Shown: positions 18,701 to 28,245 of the stretch, in pieces | Position numbering within the stretch: the stretch's first letter is position 1 | Layout of the letters: every line of letters begins with the position of its first letter | Translations under genes and position numbers: made by a program | The notes under the pieces: generated by a model | Databases searched by the model: none | The model's input: the letters and a program-made list of their open reading frames with translations, nothing else | What the model was told of the DNA's origin: nothing | DNA from: a virus | Reading direction: 5' to 3' (one strand) | Virus record (IMG/VR): IMGVR_UViG_3300021959_007960 | Location: 1-64,000 of that record | DNA length: 64,000 bases

Positions 18701-20278
18701 AATACAGATGGAGATGATATAAACTTTAGGGTGGAGAGTACTGGAAATACTCATTTACTCTTTGTAGATGCTGGGACAGAAAGAGTTGGTATTAATAATA
18801 GTGCTCCTAGTCATACTTTAGATATTAGTGGTATCGCAAGAGTTGTTCATCCAGATGGTCTGTGTGGATTGCAAATTGAAGACGAAGGTGGTAGTGGTGT
18901 TTATATTGGTGATTGTGCATTTTCTCAAGGAGATACATTTGCTGGTATGAAACATAGTAATCATAGTCTTAGTGGAGAATATATGATTATTAGTCAAGGT
19001 ACTTCTACTTTTGTGACATCAGCATCTGGACATCCTACATTTATACGAGCAGGCAATGGTGATAGAAATTATCAGGCTATATGTCATGATGACTATTTTT
19101 CTGTTGGTGATCACACTCCGGCTGACAAATCCATTCCAGCACAGAGATTTCAAATTACCAACAGCGGAGCCGCATTTAACGTTGGAACGGGTAATTATGA
19201 CTTTAAGGTTTATGGTCACAATAATGCAACGCAATTAATTCATGCTGATGCTGCATTGAACAGAGTTGGAATTGGTACAGCTACACCAGCTTACCAATTA
19301 GACGTTGTTGGAACAGGTAGTTTTGATGTTCTTAACATCAACAATGCTTTCACCTTTCCTACAGGAGATGGTACAGCTGGACACAGTCTAGTCACAGATG
19401 GTGCTGGTAATATTGTATTTAGCGGTGTTACTGGAGGCAGCGGTAATTTGGTAAGAGGTTCTGAGGTTGTAACTGTTACTACAGGACTCTTTGATGTTTC
19501 AGGAGGTTATAGCGTTGGTACACTTGATGTCTATCAAAATGGTATTAAATTATTTGAAGGAGCTTCCTACGACTACACTGCTACAAATGGTACATCATTT
19601 AACTTAACCAACCCAGCTACTAGTGGAGATTTAATAGAATATCTAGGTCTTAATACTTCTACAAATGCGGTGGGTAATACCTCTTTGGGTACTGTAACTG
19701 TTACAAGCAATCAAGACGTATTTAACACAGTCGATACATTTACTAGCTCTAATTTGGCCGTATTCTTGAATGGCGTTAAGTTGGTAGACGGTGAGGATTA
19801 TGACGTTACTAGCACTTCTCAGTTCACCTTAGATTCTGTCGCAACCTCTGGAGACATTGTTGAATATATAGCTTATGGTGCTACAGTAGCCAGTTCCAAT
19901 TTGCAAAAAACTGGTGACACAATGACGGGCAACTTGACCGTTAATGCAGATCTTATAGTTAAAGGTTACAAAGAAACACATACAGACAATGGTAATACCG
20001 GTACTGCACAAACTATAGATATTAGTAATAGTACTTTACAAACATATACATTAACAGGTAATTGTACGTTTACAATGCCCACAGCAGACGCTGGTAGAAG
20101 TTTCACCATGTTTCTTAAGACAGGAGCTGGCAGCTTCAGTGCTACATTTACTGGCGTTAAATTCCCTTTAAATGCTGCACCTACAATTACTACTGATGCT
20201 AATAGAATGGATTTAATTACATTTTACTCTGATGGGACAAATTGGTACGGCAATATACAGCAGGAGTACCATATATGA
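15785..20278 (+). CDS. Long repeat-rich fibre protein
   Basis: 1497 aa; four HP..(S/T)AASS..N.G..IQD.LLD..GH.TG repeats; six SGDN(I/V)S..VND..Y repeats; RVGIGT..P...LDV motifs; V(Y/F).NG.KL repeats. Confidence 0.8.
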   Translation: MATFTVEVSGSEKYILDVNTSTADNFNSTSSQDKFFLEIQQGTSGTAEANKNIIEITTSADSDSDASSLTIEKVNDINLVVTTDFVVSHPTISAASSVNNDGSLFIQDVLLDQYGHVTGLAAAYATGTGIGGGSSTFLNLTDTPSSFVGQGSKFVAVNSAASALEFVSGSISSSDTDAYLTGVSYDSSTHNLVLTTHSGSVTGVLNGVVHSGDNISLLVNDAGYATTGQLSSTSGYLQSQIDGVDTDTNTFVTGVSYSSSTHELVLTRNSGSVTGILNDIIHSGDNISFLVNDSGYINTETDPIFTASVAYNITSLDTGNWDSAYDWITNNSGTILSSGDNVSLLVNDANYAASGDNVSLFVNDAGYLTEHPTITAASSSDNSGRTYIQDILLDQYGHITGLATSSETGVEAYYAGTGLTLNGVTFHITGVDTSLLVGTVDNNQLTNSSITINAGTGLTNGGTVSLGDSINIDIDETVVQSGDNVSLLVNDANYVDGSGTVNYITKWSDNNTVTDSIIYDDGTNIGIGTNSPQTELDVSGNLTALTGYIDALAFNVDAEAQLLKGQISWDDTEGVISMGLTDTLTIHIGEQRFYRVRNQTGSPLYKGQFVYATGVHSNGIITPAKYIADSTIQEVRFIGVVMETVNNNNNGYVADFGHIQNIDMRGSVASNYAVGDETWLNGDILYAHATVAGKLTKNKPKHAITVAIILDNSSNGKMFVRPTTFGDLDDNHTVNTSGVTNGQFLQYNATTDYWVPSSSGNFTSLQLNGSGVLASGTTYHPIVSAASSSDNSGGTFIQDILLDSNGHVTGLATSVAAVSGDNISIFVNDSGYLTEHPTITAASSSDNSGRTYIQDILLDSYGHITGITTATETVTDTDTTYTAGTGLDLSGTEFNIDSTVLTTGSSISSLSNVNVSAPINNDQVLSYSSGFGFTNTDLGLNLMKRGSIPFGGYSDAQMGHYFFFDGSSEAVINTDGDDINFRVESTGNTHLLFVDAGTERVGINNSAPSHTLDISGIARVVHPDGLCGLQIEDEGGSGVYIGDCAFSQGDTFAGMKHSNHSLSGEYMIISQGTSTFVTSASGHPTFIRAGNGDRNYQAICHDDYFSVGDHTPADKSIPAQRFQITNSGAAFNVGTGNYDFKVYGHNNATQLIHADAALNRVGIGTATPAYQLDVVGTGSFDVLNINNAFTFPTGDGTAGHSLVTDGAGNIVFSGVTGGSGNLVRGSEVVTVTTGLFDVSGGYSVGTLDVYQNGIKLFEGASYDYTATNGTSFNLTNPATSGDLIEYLGLNTSTNAVGNTSLGTVTVTSNQDVFNTVDTFTSSNLAVFLNGVKLVDGEDYDVTSTSQFTLDSVATSGDIVEYIAYGATVASSNLQKTGDTMTGNLTVNADLIVKGYKETHTDNGNTGTAQTIDISNSTLQTYTLTGNCTFTMPTADAGRSFTMFLKTGAGSFSATFTGVKFPLNAAPTITTDANRMDLITFYSDGTNWYGNIQQEYHI

Positions 20279-21162
20279 TTTTTATTCCTAAAAAAACATT
20301 AATTAGCAAAAAACAAAGTTTCGTAGCTACGGGAGGAACGTTAACTACTGATGGTGGTGATAATATTCATACGTTTACGTCTAGTGGAACATTTACCGTT
20401 GCTGGTACTGGAAGTATAGATATATTAGTTGTTGCTGGTGGTGGAGGTGGAGGCGAGAACAGAGGAGGTGGAGGAGGAGCTGGTGGATTAATTTTTCAAT
20501 CAGGTGTAACCATTTCTGCTGGTACTTATAACGTTACGGTAGGGGCTGGAGGAGCAGGTGCTACTACTACCACTCGTCCGGGTCAAGGTGGTTCTTCTTC
20601 TTTTATAGGCCCATCTCTATCGTTAACTGCTGTTGGTGGAGGTCTAGCAGGTACAGCAAGAAACACATTATTAGGTTGGAGGAACGGTGGATCTGGAGGT
20701 TCAGGAGGAGGCACTGCCTATAACGATAATAGTAATCATCCAACTGCTGGCTCCGGAACTTCCGGACAGGGTAATGCTGGAGGTAGAACCGCAAATAGTG
20801 GCAATGATCCTAGAAATACAGGTGGTGGTGGAGGTGCTGGTGCAGCTGGAACTGGAGGTTCAGGTTCTACTACTCGTCCAGATGGTGGAGATGGTTTAGA
20901 ATATGATATTAGTGGCACATCTACATATTATGCTGGTGGTGGTGGTGGTGCTTCTGGTAGAGGTCCGGGTGAAGGTGTTTATACTACTGCTGGTAGAGGT
21001 TTAGGTGGTCAGGGTGGTGGCGGTGATGGTGGTGCTGATAATGTTTCTCCATATTTAGGTGCGGCTGGAACTGCTAATACTGGTGGTGGAGGTGGTGGAT
21101 CTTCTGCTTATAGCGGTGCAGCTGGCGGTTCGGGTATAGTAATAGTGAGGTATACAAGATGA
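20275..21162 (+). CDS. Glycine-rich fibre-associated protein
   Basis: HTFTSSGTF, LVVAGGGGGG and GGSGIVIVRY; start moved to ATG 20275 (AGGAG RBS, ATGA overlap). Confidence 0.8.
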   Translation: MIFIPKKTLISKKQSFVATGGTLTTDGGDNIHTFTSSGTFTVAGTGSIDILVVAGGGGGGENRGGGGGAGGLIFQSGVTISAGTYNVTVGAGGAGATTTTRPGQGGSSSFIGPSLSLTAVGGGLAGTARNTLLGWRNGGSGGSGGGTAYNDNSNHPTAGSGTSGQGNAGGRTANSGNDPRNTGGGGGAGAAGTGGSGSTTRPDGGDGLEYDISGTSTYYAGGGGGASGRGPGEGVYTTAGRGLGGQGGGGDGGADNVSPYLGAAGTANTGGGGGGSSAYSGAAGGSGIVIVRYTR

Positions 21163-21418
21163 CAAGAGCAAGAGAAACAAGTAAAAACCTAAGACTAGCA
21201 AAAGTTTTTGGATCTGTTGATCTAAACGCAGGTGCTGGGGGAATTCCTGGTGGAATTGGAGCAGATCTAAATATTAGTAGTTATGATGATGAACAGGCTG
21301 GTAGTTGTGGAGTTAATTTTGAAACTCCTATGTCAGATGCTATTTTTACTTAGTTGTTAGCAAATATAATAATGCAACAGCTGATTTACAAGTAAGTTTT
21401 ATAGTTTTCGGAGATTAA
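21159..21418 (+). pseudogene. Fibre-tip-domain paralog broken by an ~85-bp deletion and frameshift
   Basis: Homologous to 22620-22930; after GATGCTA the other frame continues FYLVVSKYNNATADLQVSFIVFGD*. Confidence 0.75.
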
Positions 21419-21420
21419 AA

Positions 21421-21669
21421 ATGAAAAGAATAATTTATCCAAATGACGACGGTGGGATATCAGTTGTTATTCCAGCACCTAATACAAAATACACAATAGA
21501 AGAAATTGCCCTTAAGGATGTTCCTAAAGGCAAACCTTATAGAATTATAGAAAATACAGATGTTCCTACGGATCGTACCTTCCGCAATGCTTGGGAAGCT
21601 GACTTTACTGAGCCTGAAGGTTTTGGCATAGGGGCTGACGAGTTTTTTAGATTAGGCTACGGAGGATAA
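21421..21669 (+). CDS. Fibre-associated small protein
   Basis: IIYPNDDGG..V..PA...KDVP.GKPYRII...PTDRTFRNAW pattern typical of aquatic-phage fibre cassettes. Confidence 0.7.
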   Translation: MKRIIYPNDDGGISVVIPAPNTKYTIEEIALKDVPKGKPYRIIENTDVPTDRTFRNAWEADFTEPEGFGIGADEFFRLGYGG

Positions 21670-21670
21670 T

Positions 21671-22279
21671 ATGAATATAAATGTTAATATGCAAAAAGCA
21701 AAGAATATCTGGAAAGATAAGATTCGTGAGGATCGAAAACCTTACTTTGAATCTTTAGATGTAGACTACCTTAAAGCTACAGAAGCCCAGAATGTAACAC
21801 TTAAAAGCCACATAGAAACAAAGAAGCAACAGCTGCGTGATGCTCCAGAAGATTCTAGGATTGACGAAGCTGAAACACCAGAGTTGCTAAAGTTAGTAGA
21901 TCCTGTATCTGAAATCATGTATATAACAGAACTAGATCAGGCTAAGTTAGATAAGCTTACAGAGATAGATGAGGATTGGAAAGTAATACTTAATACTGGC
22001 TTTGAAACTCCAGAAGGATGGAGTCTTGGTATTACTACAGACGATGTAGCATTACTAAACGGGGCATATTCTCTCGCCAAAGAAGCTGCCGCTCTTGGTT
22101 CTACAGACCCTGTAACTATCTTAGATACTAATGGTGAACCTCACTCATTAAGTGTGGCTGAAATGACACCAATTATGTTGGCGTATGGTGCTGCAAGAGC
22201 TTCGCTAAGTGGAGCAGATGCAGCTAGAAGAAAACTAGTTAATGACGCAACAACCGTAGAAGAACTAGCGGAGATATGA
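21671..22279 (+). CDS. Fibre assembly chaperone-like protein
   Basis: KAK.I...IR..R...LD...KQQLRD motif plus a C-terminal DUF4376-like segment. Confidence 0.6.
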   Translation: MNINVNMQKAKNIWKDKIREDRKPYFESLDVDYLKATEAQNVTLKSHIETKKQQLRDAPEDSRIDEAETPELLKLVDPVSEIMYITELDQAKLDKLTEIDEDWKVILNTGFETPEGWSLGITTDDVALLNGAYSLAKEAAALGSTDPVTILDTNGEPHSLSVAEMTPIMLAYGAARASLSGADAARRKLVNDATTVEELAEI

Positions 22280-22280
22280 C

Positions 22281-22937
22281 ATGAGTGTAGCCAGAGATAT
22301 AAGTAGACAAACTTCAAGACAGACTGCGACTCTAACAGCAGGCCAAACAGCGGTTACTGTTACTGGTGGATTTAGTAGCTCTACTGTAGAGGTATATCTA
22401 AATGGAGCCAAACTTATTCAGGGGTCAGACTACAGTTTAAACGGAACTAGCGGAATAACATTAACGCAGGGAGCTAGTGCTGGAGATATTATTGAGTTCT
22501 CTATTCGCAATAGTTCTAACTCTGGACTTAGTGCGGTTAATACTAGTGAAGTTGTAGATGGGGCTGTAACTTTTAATAAGCTATCGAACAGTGCAACTGA
22601 AGGCGATAACGCTAGATTAAGAGTAGCAAAAGTTTTTGGATCTGTTGATCTAAACGCAGGCGTTGGGGGAATTCCCGCTAAACTTGGAACAAATCTAAAT
22701 GTTAGCAGCATTACTGATGGTACTACTGGTAGTTGTACCGTTAATTTTGACACTCCTATGTCAGATGCTAATTATACAGTTGTGTGTTCACCTAGAGAAA
22801 TTGATGGAGTAACTAACACATGGACAGCCGTTACCAGAGGCCATACCACTAGTTCCTTTTATTTAGTAGCAACTAAATACAACAATGCACCAGCTGACCT
22901 ACAAGTAAGTTTTGTTGTCTTCGGAGAATTATCATGA
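22281..22937 (+). CDS. Fibre-related protein
   Basis: VYLNGAKL repeat and a C-terminal tip domain (SSITD...G..TVNFDTPMSDANYTVV). Confidence 0.7.
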   Translation: MSVARDISRQTSRQTATLTAGQTAVTVTGGFSSSTVEVYLNGAKLIQGSDYSLNGTSGITLTQGASAGDIIEFSIRNSSNSGLSAVNTSEVVDGAVTFNKLSNSATEGDNARLRVAKVFGSVDLNAGVGGIPAKLGTNLNVSSITDGTTGSCTVNFDTPMSDANYTVVCSPREIDGVTNTWTAVTRGHTTSSFYLVATKYNNAPADLQVSFVVFGELS

Positions 22938-23458
22938 CAAAAACATACGACAATGCAATTCGCACAGGCAAAGAGTTCCTTGGACAAGTAGTAACCACTG
23001 TTTATACTGGCAAGACAACATATTCTGTTGCTTCTGGTGGGCAAACTGGAACATATATGGCAGTCCTAGATACGTCTATAACCCCCACCGCATCTAATAG
23101 TAAAATTAGAGTTGAATTAAATCTTTCAGGTGAATTCCATCAGGATGCGGTATTTAAGTTGTACAGAAGTATTGGGGGTGTGGAGACTGAAGTTATAAGA
23201 AATGATGATACTAACTATTGGTCTGGGTGGGGGCTTATAAACTATGATACCGATCACGCCTCTACTGCATGGACTAATCATTATATTTATGTTGATAGTC
23301 CAAATACCACCTCTACAATAACATACAGGTTTATGATTCAATCAGCTGGTGTTGCGGCGAGATCAATATATTTAAATAGAACACAAAATTCTACCGGACA
23401 GGCAAACTATGAGAATGCCGTATCGCAAGCTATATTAACGGAGATTTTAGTAGTATGA
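22934..23458 (+). CDS. Fibre-related protein
   Basis: SITPT.SNSKI and DSPNTTSTITY motifs. Confidence 0.7.
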   Translation: MTKTYDNAIRTGKEFLGQVVTTVYTGKTTYSVASGGQTGTYMAVLDTSITPTASNSKIRVELNLSGEFHQDAVFKLYRSIGGVETEVIRNDDTNYWSGWGLINYDTDHASTAWTNHYIYVDSPNTTSTITYRFMIQSAGVAARSIYLNRTQNSTGQANYENAVSQAILTEILVV

Positions 23459-23781
23459 AAAAAACTATAGAAATACATGATGCACTAATGTCGTTAATAC
23501 CAAACGTCAGATTTTCTGTTGAAGACAATGACTTTGACAAAATTGAAATCCAAGACGGAGGCGTAACTGTTCCGTCCAGACAAGACATTCAAAATGAAAT
23601 GGAAAGACTACAATCTATAGAAGACGCTACAGAATATCAACACAACAGAAGAGAACAATATCCAGACATAGGCGATCAATTAGATATGCTATGGCACGCT
23701 ATTGATAGTGAATCTTTAGATAAAACATCAGAATTTTATTTATGTATTAAGTCAGTTAAAGACAATAACCCCAAGCTATAA
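23455..23781 (+). CDS. Fibre chaperone-like protein
   Basis: EYQ..RR.QYPDIGDQLDMLWHAID...VKD.NPK motif. Confidence 0.65.
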   Translation: MKKTIEIHDALMSLIPNVRFSVEDNDFDKIEIQDGGVTVPSRQDIQNEMERLQSIEDATEYQHNRREQYPDIGDQLDMLWHAIDSESLDKTSEFYLCIKSVKDNNPKL

Positions 23782-23806
23782 CAATAAACAATTTAAGAGT
23801 AAGACT

Positions 23807-25087
23807 ATGCCAAATTATAGAAGTCAATTTTTTAAAAACACATTACAAACTGAAATAGATGGAAATTCTACTCAGTGGAAAAAAGCATTTGATTGGGGCA
23901 ATCATGCCACTTCTGGTTATATTACTGGATTAATAGAAGATACTACTCCTTATCTAGCTGGTGAGCTTAATTTAGACAATAATGATATAGTTATAGATTG
24001 TAAAAATGATACTGGTGCAGTTATTAGTGGTGGTATTCCTGTTTATGTAAGTGGTTATTATGCTAATGGTAAATCTTTAATAGCTCCTGCTGATGCTTCT
24101 GATAGTAATAAAATGCCAGCATTTGGAATGACGAATACTACTATTAACGACGGAGAAGAGGGCACATTTGGCATTATGGGTGTTGTTACTAATTTTGATA
24201 CTACTGCCTTTAATGTTGGTGATGTTGTATATGTTGCTAGTGGGGGTGGCATAACAAATATAAAACCTACTGGTAATTCTTCTTTACTAATCCAAAATCT
24301 TGGTAGAGTATTGAGAAGCCATACTAATGGAAGGGTTTTATTATTGGGGTCTGGGAGAACTAACGATGTCCCGAATAGTGGAAATTTTCAAACTTTATCA
24401 ATAAATACTCTTGGTAGTGCTAATGAAATAGTAATAGTTAGTGGAAACCAATTATTATCAAGTTCTAATTTACTTAGTATTGATACAGCAAATGAACGCA
24501 TAGGGATAGGTACTAGTAGTCCGGAAGTTAAACTTCATATTGACGGAGATGCTGCACAAGAAGCACAAATTAGACTTGAGCAACATAATAATACAGCGGA
24601 TGCTCCTGATATACGTATTAGAAGAAGTAGAGGAACACACGCTTCTCCTTCTACCTTAAACGCTAACGATTATGGTTTTAGATTAAACATAGACATTTAT
24701 GACGGTGCTAGTTACACAAATGCTGGACAGCTTAGATGGGATAATGATGGCACTACTAACAACAATGGTACAAATATGGTTTTTGGTTTGCAAACTAGAG
24801 TTAATGGTGTGACTGCAGATAGAATTATTATTGATAATGGTGGTAAGATACAATTTAATTCTGCTTATAAATTCCCTACTTCAGACGGATCAACAAATCA
24901 ATTTTTAAAAACAGATGGTAGCGGGAATTTGAATTTTGCACAGTCTATAATTAGCGATACCACAAATATGGGTGGTGCTACAGGAATAAATAATATTGTA
25001 TCTATAAGTCAAAGTGGGTATGATAATTTGCCAGTATCTAGTGGTGGTCCAGGATACGATCCAAATACTGTTTATTTTATTACATAG
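23807..25087 (+). CDS. Fibre / capsid appendage protein
   Basis: KNDTG..I..G.PVY cement-like domain and RIGIGTSSP fibre motif. Confidence 0.65.
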   Translation: MPNYRSQFFKNTLQTEIDGNSTQWKKAFDWGNHATSGYITGLIEDTTPYLAGELNLDNNDIVIDCKNDTGAVISGGIPVYVSGYYANGKSLIAPADASDSNKMPAFGMTNTTINDGEEGTFGIMGVVTNFDTTAFNVGDVVYVASGGGITNIKPTGNSSLLIQNLGRVLRSHTNGRVLLLGSGRTNDVPNSGNFQTLSINTLGSANEIVIVSGNQLLSSSNLLSIDTANERIGIGTSSPEVKLHIDGDAAQEAQIRLEQHNNTADAPDIRIRRSRGTHASPSTLNANDYGFRLNIDIYDGASYTNAGQLRWDNDGTTNNNGTNMVFGLQTRVNGVTADRIIIDNGGKIQFNSAYKFPTSDGSTNQFLKTDGSGNLNFAQSIISDTTNMGGATGINNIVSISQSGYDNLPVSSGGPGYDPNTVYFIT

Positions 25088-25095
25088 TCTGGTAT

Positions 25096-25102
25096 GGTGT
25101 AT
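25096..25102 (+). promoter_or_regulatory. Putative late promoter motif GGTGTAT
   Basis: Intergenic, upstream of the neck gene cluster. Confidence 0.55.
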
Positions 25103-25141
25103 ATAGATTTGATTATATTACTTTAAAAAAAGGGTTTAAAT

Positions 25142-25684
25142 ATGTCATGGCAGCTAGAAATCCCTCTAATTACAAGGGTTTGGATTAACGATTTAACGGA
25201 TTCTCCTACTTATACGGACTATCGAATTCAACAAGTTGTGGCTGTGGCAGCCCAGAATGTCATCAGGGAAGTTAGTTTATCTACAGACTATACAATAGAT
25301 GTGGTCAATTTATCAATTACTCCTGATCCAGCAGTAACAGCGACTAGAGATAATGACTTTATAGCTTTTACAGCGCTTAAAAGTGCTTGTATTTTAGATC
25401 AAAGTACATTTAGAACTAAAGCTGTAAACGAAGGTATTAAAACAAATTTAGCCTCTGCCAGTATACAAGTACAAGGAAATTTAAGAGGATATAAAGTGTT
25501 GTTAGATCAAGGTCCTTGTGCTATATATGAAAAACTCCGTACAGAGTTTGAAATTGGTAATCCTAATATTTGTGAGGCTGTTCTAAGTCCATTTGTTGGT
25601 AATGATTTTGATCCTAGAAATACTAGCAACGCTATGGGAGATTTTCATCGTAACGGTTATTACATAGACAAATTTTATAGTTAG
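25142..25684 (+). CDS. Putative head-tail adaptor
   Basis: R..I.D....Y.D..I N-terminal pattern; gene position. Confidence 0.5.
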   Translation: MSWQLEIPLITRVWINDLTDSPTYTDYRIQQVVAVAAQNVIREVSLSTDYTIDVVNLSITPDPAVTATRDNDFIAFTALKSACILDQSTFRTKAVNEGIKTNLASASIQVQGNLRGYKVLLDQGPCAIYEKLRTEFEIGNPNICEAVLSPFVGNDFDPRNTSNAMGDFHRNGYYIDKFYS

Positions 25685-25692
25685 GTGATATT

Positions 25693-26127
25693 ATGGCTTT
25701 TTGTGTCACAAATGTTAATGCTATTTCTTTAGTAGATGATTCTATAGGTGGTTCAACTTGTTTGACATCTACATCTAATAATATATCTATAGTAAGAGGA
25801 GCTACCTTTAATCTTATATTTGATTTACAAAATAATACTACAGATAGTCAAGGAGTGGTTACTACAGCAGCAGCAGATTTGTCAGGATATTCTATTAATG
25901 CTGTTATTAAAGAATCTTCTACTAGTACTAACGAACTGTTATTTGCATCTACTCAAAATAGGATGATAAGTATAGATTTTACTAACGCTAGGGCAACTTT
26001 AAGCATTCCTGTAAAAGAGACATCCAGATTACCTGTAGGGACTAAATATTATTTTATAAGATTAGTTGCTTCTAATGGAAATACACAAAAAATTATTCAA
26101 GGTATTGCTACAGTATCGGATACTTAA
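25693..26127 (+). CDS. Virion structural protein (BppU-N-like)
   Basis: ISIVRGATF...DLSGYS...KIIQGIATV; paralog of 15376-15777. Confidence 0.55.
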   Translation: MAFCVTNVNAISLVDDSIGGSTCLTSTSNNISIVRGATFNLIFDLQNNTTDSQGVVTTAAADLSGYSINAVIKESSTSTNELLFASTQNRMISIDFTNARATLSIPVKETSRLPVGTKYYFIRLVASNGNTQKIIQGIATVSDT

Positions 26128-26128
26128 T

Positions 26129-26632
26129 ATGATTAATGCTACTTTAAAACAAATGTATAAAGATCAAATAGATTCATTATTTGGTACAGATAAGTTGTCA
26201 TTACCTTGCAAATTGAGAAGTAAAGACAATAAAAAAACACAATGCCCTAATTGTATAGTTGATCCTATTACTGGTAGATCTAGTGGCAGATATAAAGTTG
26301 GTGGAGATTATAATTTTCCTTATGGTCAGCTTTGTCCTGTGTGTAATGGTATAGGTTTTACTTTCACAGTCAAAGAAGCAACAGTTGACTTGTTAATTAT
26401 ATATGATGCTAAGAAATGGATTAACTTCAATAATACTATATCTATTCCTGACGGAATGATTCAAACTATTAGTAAATTTTCAGATTTACAAAAAATACAG
26501 TCAGCAAACACATTAATTGTAGATACAAGCACAGATTACTACCCAAATAACGAATATACTAGAGATTCAAACCCACAACCTATCGGCTTGGGATCTAACG
26601 ACTATTTGTATACGTTTTGGAAAGGTGCTTAA
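26129..26632 (+). CDS. Putative head-closure protein with Zn finger
   Basis: CPNC...CPVCNG; start moved to ATG 26129. Confidence 0.5.
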   Translation: MINATLKQMYKDQIDSLFGTDKLSLPCKLRSKDNKKTQCPNCIVDPITGRSSGRYKVGGDYNFPYGQLCPVCNGIGFTFTVKEATVDLLIIYDAKKWINFNNTISIPDGMIQTISKFSDLQKIQSANTLIVDTSTDYYPNNEYTRDSNPQPIGLGSNDYLYTFWKGA

Positions 26633-26635
26633 GAT

Positions 26636-27283
26636 ATGAGTAGCATGAGAATATTTTCCAAAATCAAAGGAAATATTAATGATCTGAAAAAATTTGTTGT
26701 CAAAAGTATTGTAGATCGTTTGAACTCTACAGTTTTTTCTAATGTGGGCAACTCAGAAAGATTTATAAAAGATACTATATTACAAAGCATTAGAAATCAA
26801 GATGAATATTCATCTCTTAAATCTGGAGAATTAAGAAATGTTTTAGGTGTGGCTAACTCTTCAGATGTAGATGCTATTTTGGCAGAAATAGAGAATGTTG
26901 AAGTTAAAATTAAAAGACCTAAAACTGGAGGGAATAGCGTAAATGCTAGTATTGATATTAGTATGATTAGAGAAGGTTTTAGTGATTTACTGTCTTCTCC
27001 ATCAGCTTCCTATACTTCAGAAAATGGCGTAGAAGTTAATTGGCTAGAGTGGTTATTAACTAGAGGTTATGATAGTGTAGTAGTAGGATACAGATATATT
27101 CCTAAAACTAGTCCTTATTCTAGAACTGGACAAGGCATTATGGTTAAGGGAGAATCTGCTATATTTAGAGTACCTTTAAGATTTGCTGGTGATTTAGATG
27201 ATAATTGGATTACTAGAGGGATAGATGCAGCCTTGCCTCAAATCGAACAACATATGAACAAACTAGTGGAAAAAGCATTATGA
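26636..27283 (+). CDS. Putative neck / tail-completion protein
   Basis: Gene position; WLEWLL.RG and NWITR.I motifs. Confidence 0.45.
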   Translation: MSSMRIFSKIKGNINDLKKFVVKSIVDRLNSTVFSNVGNSERFIKDTILQSIRNQDEYSSLKSGELRNVLGVANSSDVDAILAEIENVEVKIKRPKTGGNSVNASIDISMIREGFSDLLSSPSASYTSENGVEVNWLEWLLTRGYDSVVVGYRYIPKTSPYSRTGQGIMVKGESAIFRVPLRFAGDLDDNWITRGIDAALPQIEQHMNKLVEKAL

Positions 27284-28242
27284 GTTTTACAGGTGCAGAT
27301 AAGTTTAATGTACACACATTAACTACTCAATTAGAACATAATATTGTTTCTTTTATAGATGATGGTCTATTAAAGATAGGTGCGTTTGGTAATGTTGACT
27401 CTAGCTATTCTAATATCTATGGGTCTAATATGCATATATTAAGACCAACTCAAGATTCTCATAATACAGACTATACGGTTTGGCATACTCCTAGAGAAAA
27501 TTGGGTTTACGAAAGCGGATCAGGAACATACTCTCCTATAGCATTTAGTGGAGTAACAGTTAGTGGTGTTTCTGGTAGTAGTTTTTATCCTGCTCCTACA
27601 GGTAATAGTACATTAGGATATAGTGTAAATTACAAACAAGGAACACTATCTTTTGATACAGCCATCAACAGAATGAACACAGTATCTGCATCATACAGCT
27701 ATAAAATGTATAATGTAGAAGTAGCTAATAAGTCTAGAATATGGAAAACTATACAATCTAATTCTTTTAAAGCTCCTGATTTCAGCAATAATTATTATGC
27801 TAGTGGAGATTATAATATTCCTCCTGAACATAGAACGCAGCTTCCTGCTATTGTGGTAGAGTCTGTAAATAGAAGTCGTAATCAACCGTATAGATTAGGT
27901 GATACTAGCTTATCTTCTACTCAAACTGTACTAGTTCATGTACTAGCTGAAAATAAAACAGATTGTGATAAAATTAATGATATTTTAAATAGGCAACAGG
28001 GTAGATATATCAGTTTATATAATTTAAACACTTTAGTAGAATCTGGAACTTATCCATTAAATTTTGATGGTAGTGTAAATACTGGAAGACTAGAATATGA
28101 TGATATTTTAGCCAATAACGACTATGTTTTGATGAGTTCTAGATTTAGTCGAATTACTGTGTCAGACATGAAGTTTTATGGTATTGAGCTGTATGGCTCT
28201 ACAATATCTATAGACAATGAATTAATTTTAATAAATTCCTAG
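27280..28242 (+). CDS. Putative tail terminator protein
   Basis: LPAIVVE...VHVLAE....D.I.D.L pattern; precedes the tail tube gene. Confidence 0.5.
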   Translation: MSFTGADKFNVHTLTTQLEHNIVSFIDDGLLKIGAFGNVDSSYSNIYGSNMHILRPTQDSHNTDYTVWHTPRENWVYESGSGTYSPIAFSGVTVSGVSGSSFYPAPTGNSTLGYSVNYKQGTLSFDTAINRMNTVSASYSYKMYNVEVANKSRIWKTIQSNSFKAPDFSNNYYASGDYNIPPEHRTQLPAIVVESVNRSRNQPYRLGDTSLSSTQTVLVHVLAENKTDCDKINDILNRQQGRYISLYNLNTLVESGTYPLNFDGSVNTGRLEYDDILANNDYVLMSSRFSRITVSDMKFYGIELYGSTISIDNELILINS

Positions 28243-28245
28243 TAT

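Noticed and set aside
21342-21353. Programmed -1 frameshift rescuing the 21159 gene
   Set aside because: ATT TTT ACT is not a canonical slippery heptamer, and the product would still lack about 28 residues of the domain.
21191-22930. Template/variable repeat pair of a diversity-generating retroelement
   Set aside because: Mismatches between the two copies are not adenine-specific (many C/T and G/C changes), and there is no reverse transcriptase in the window.
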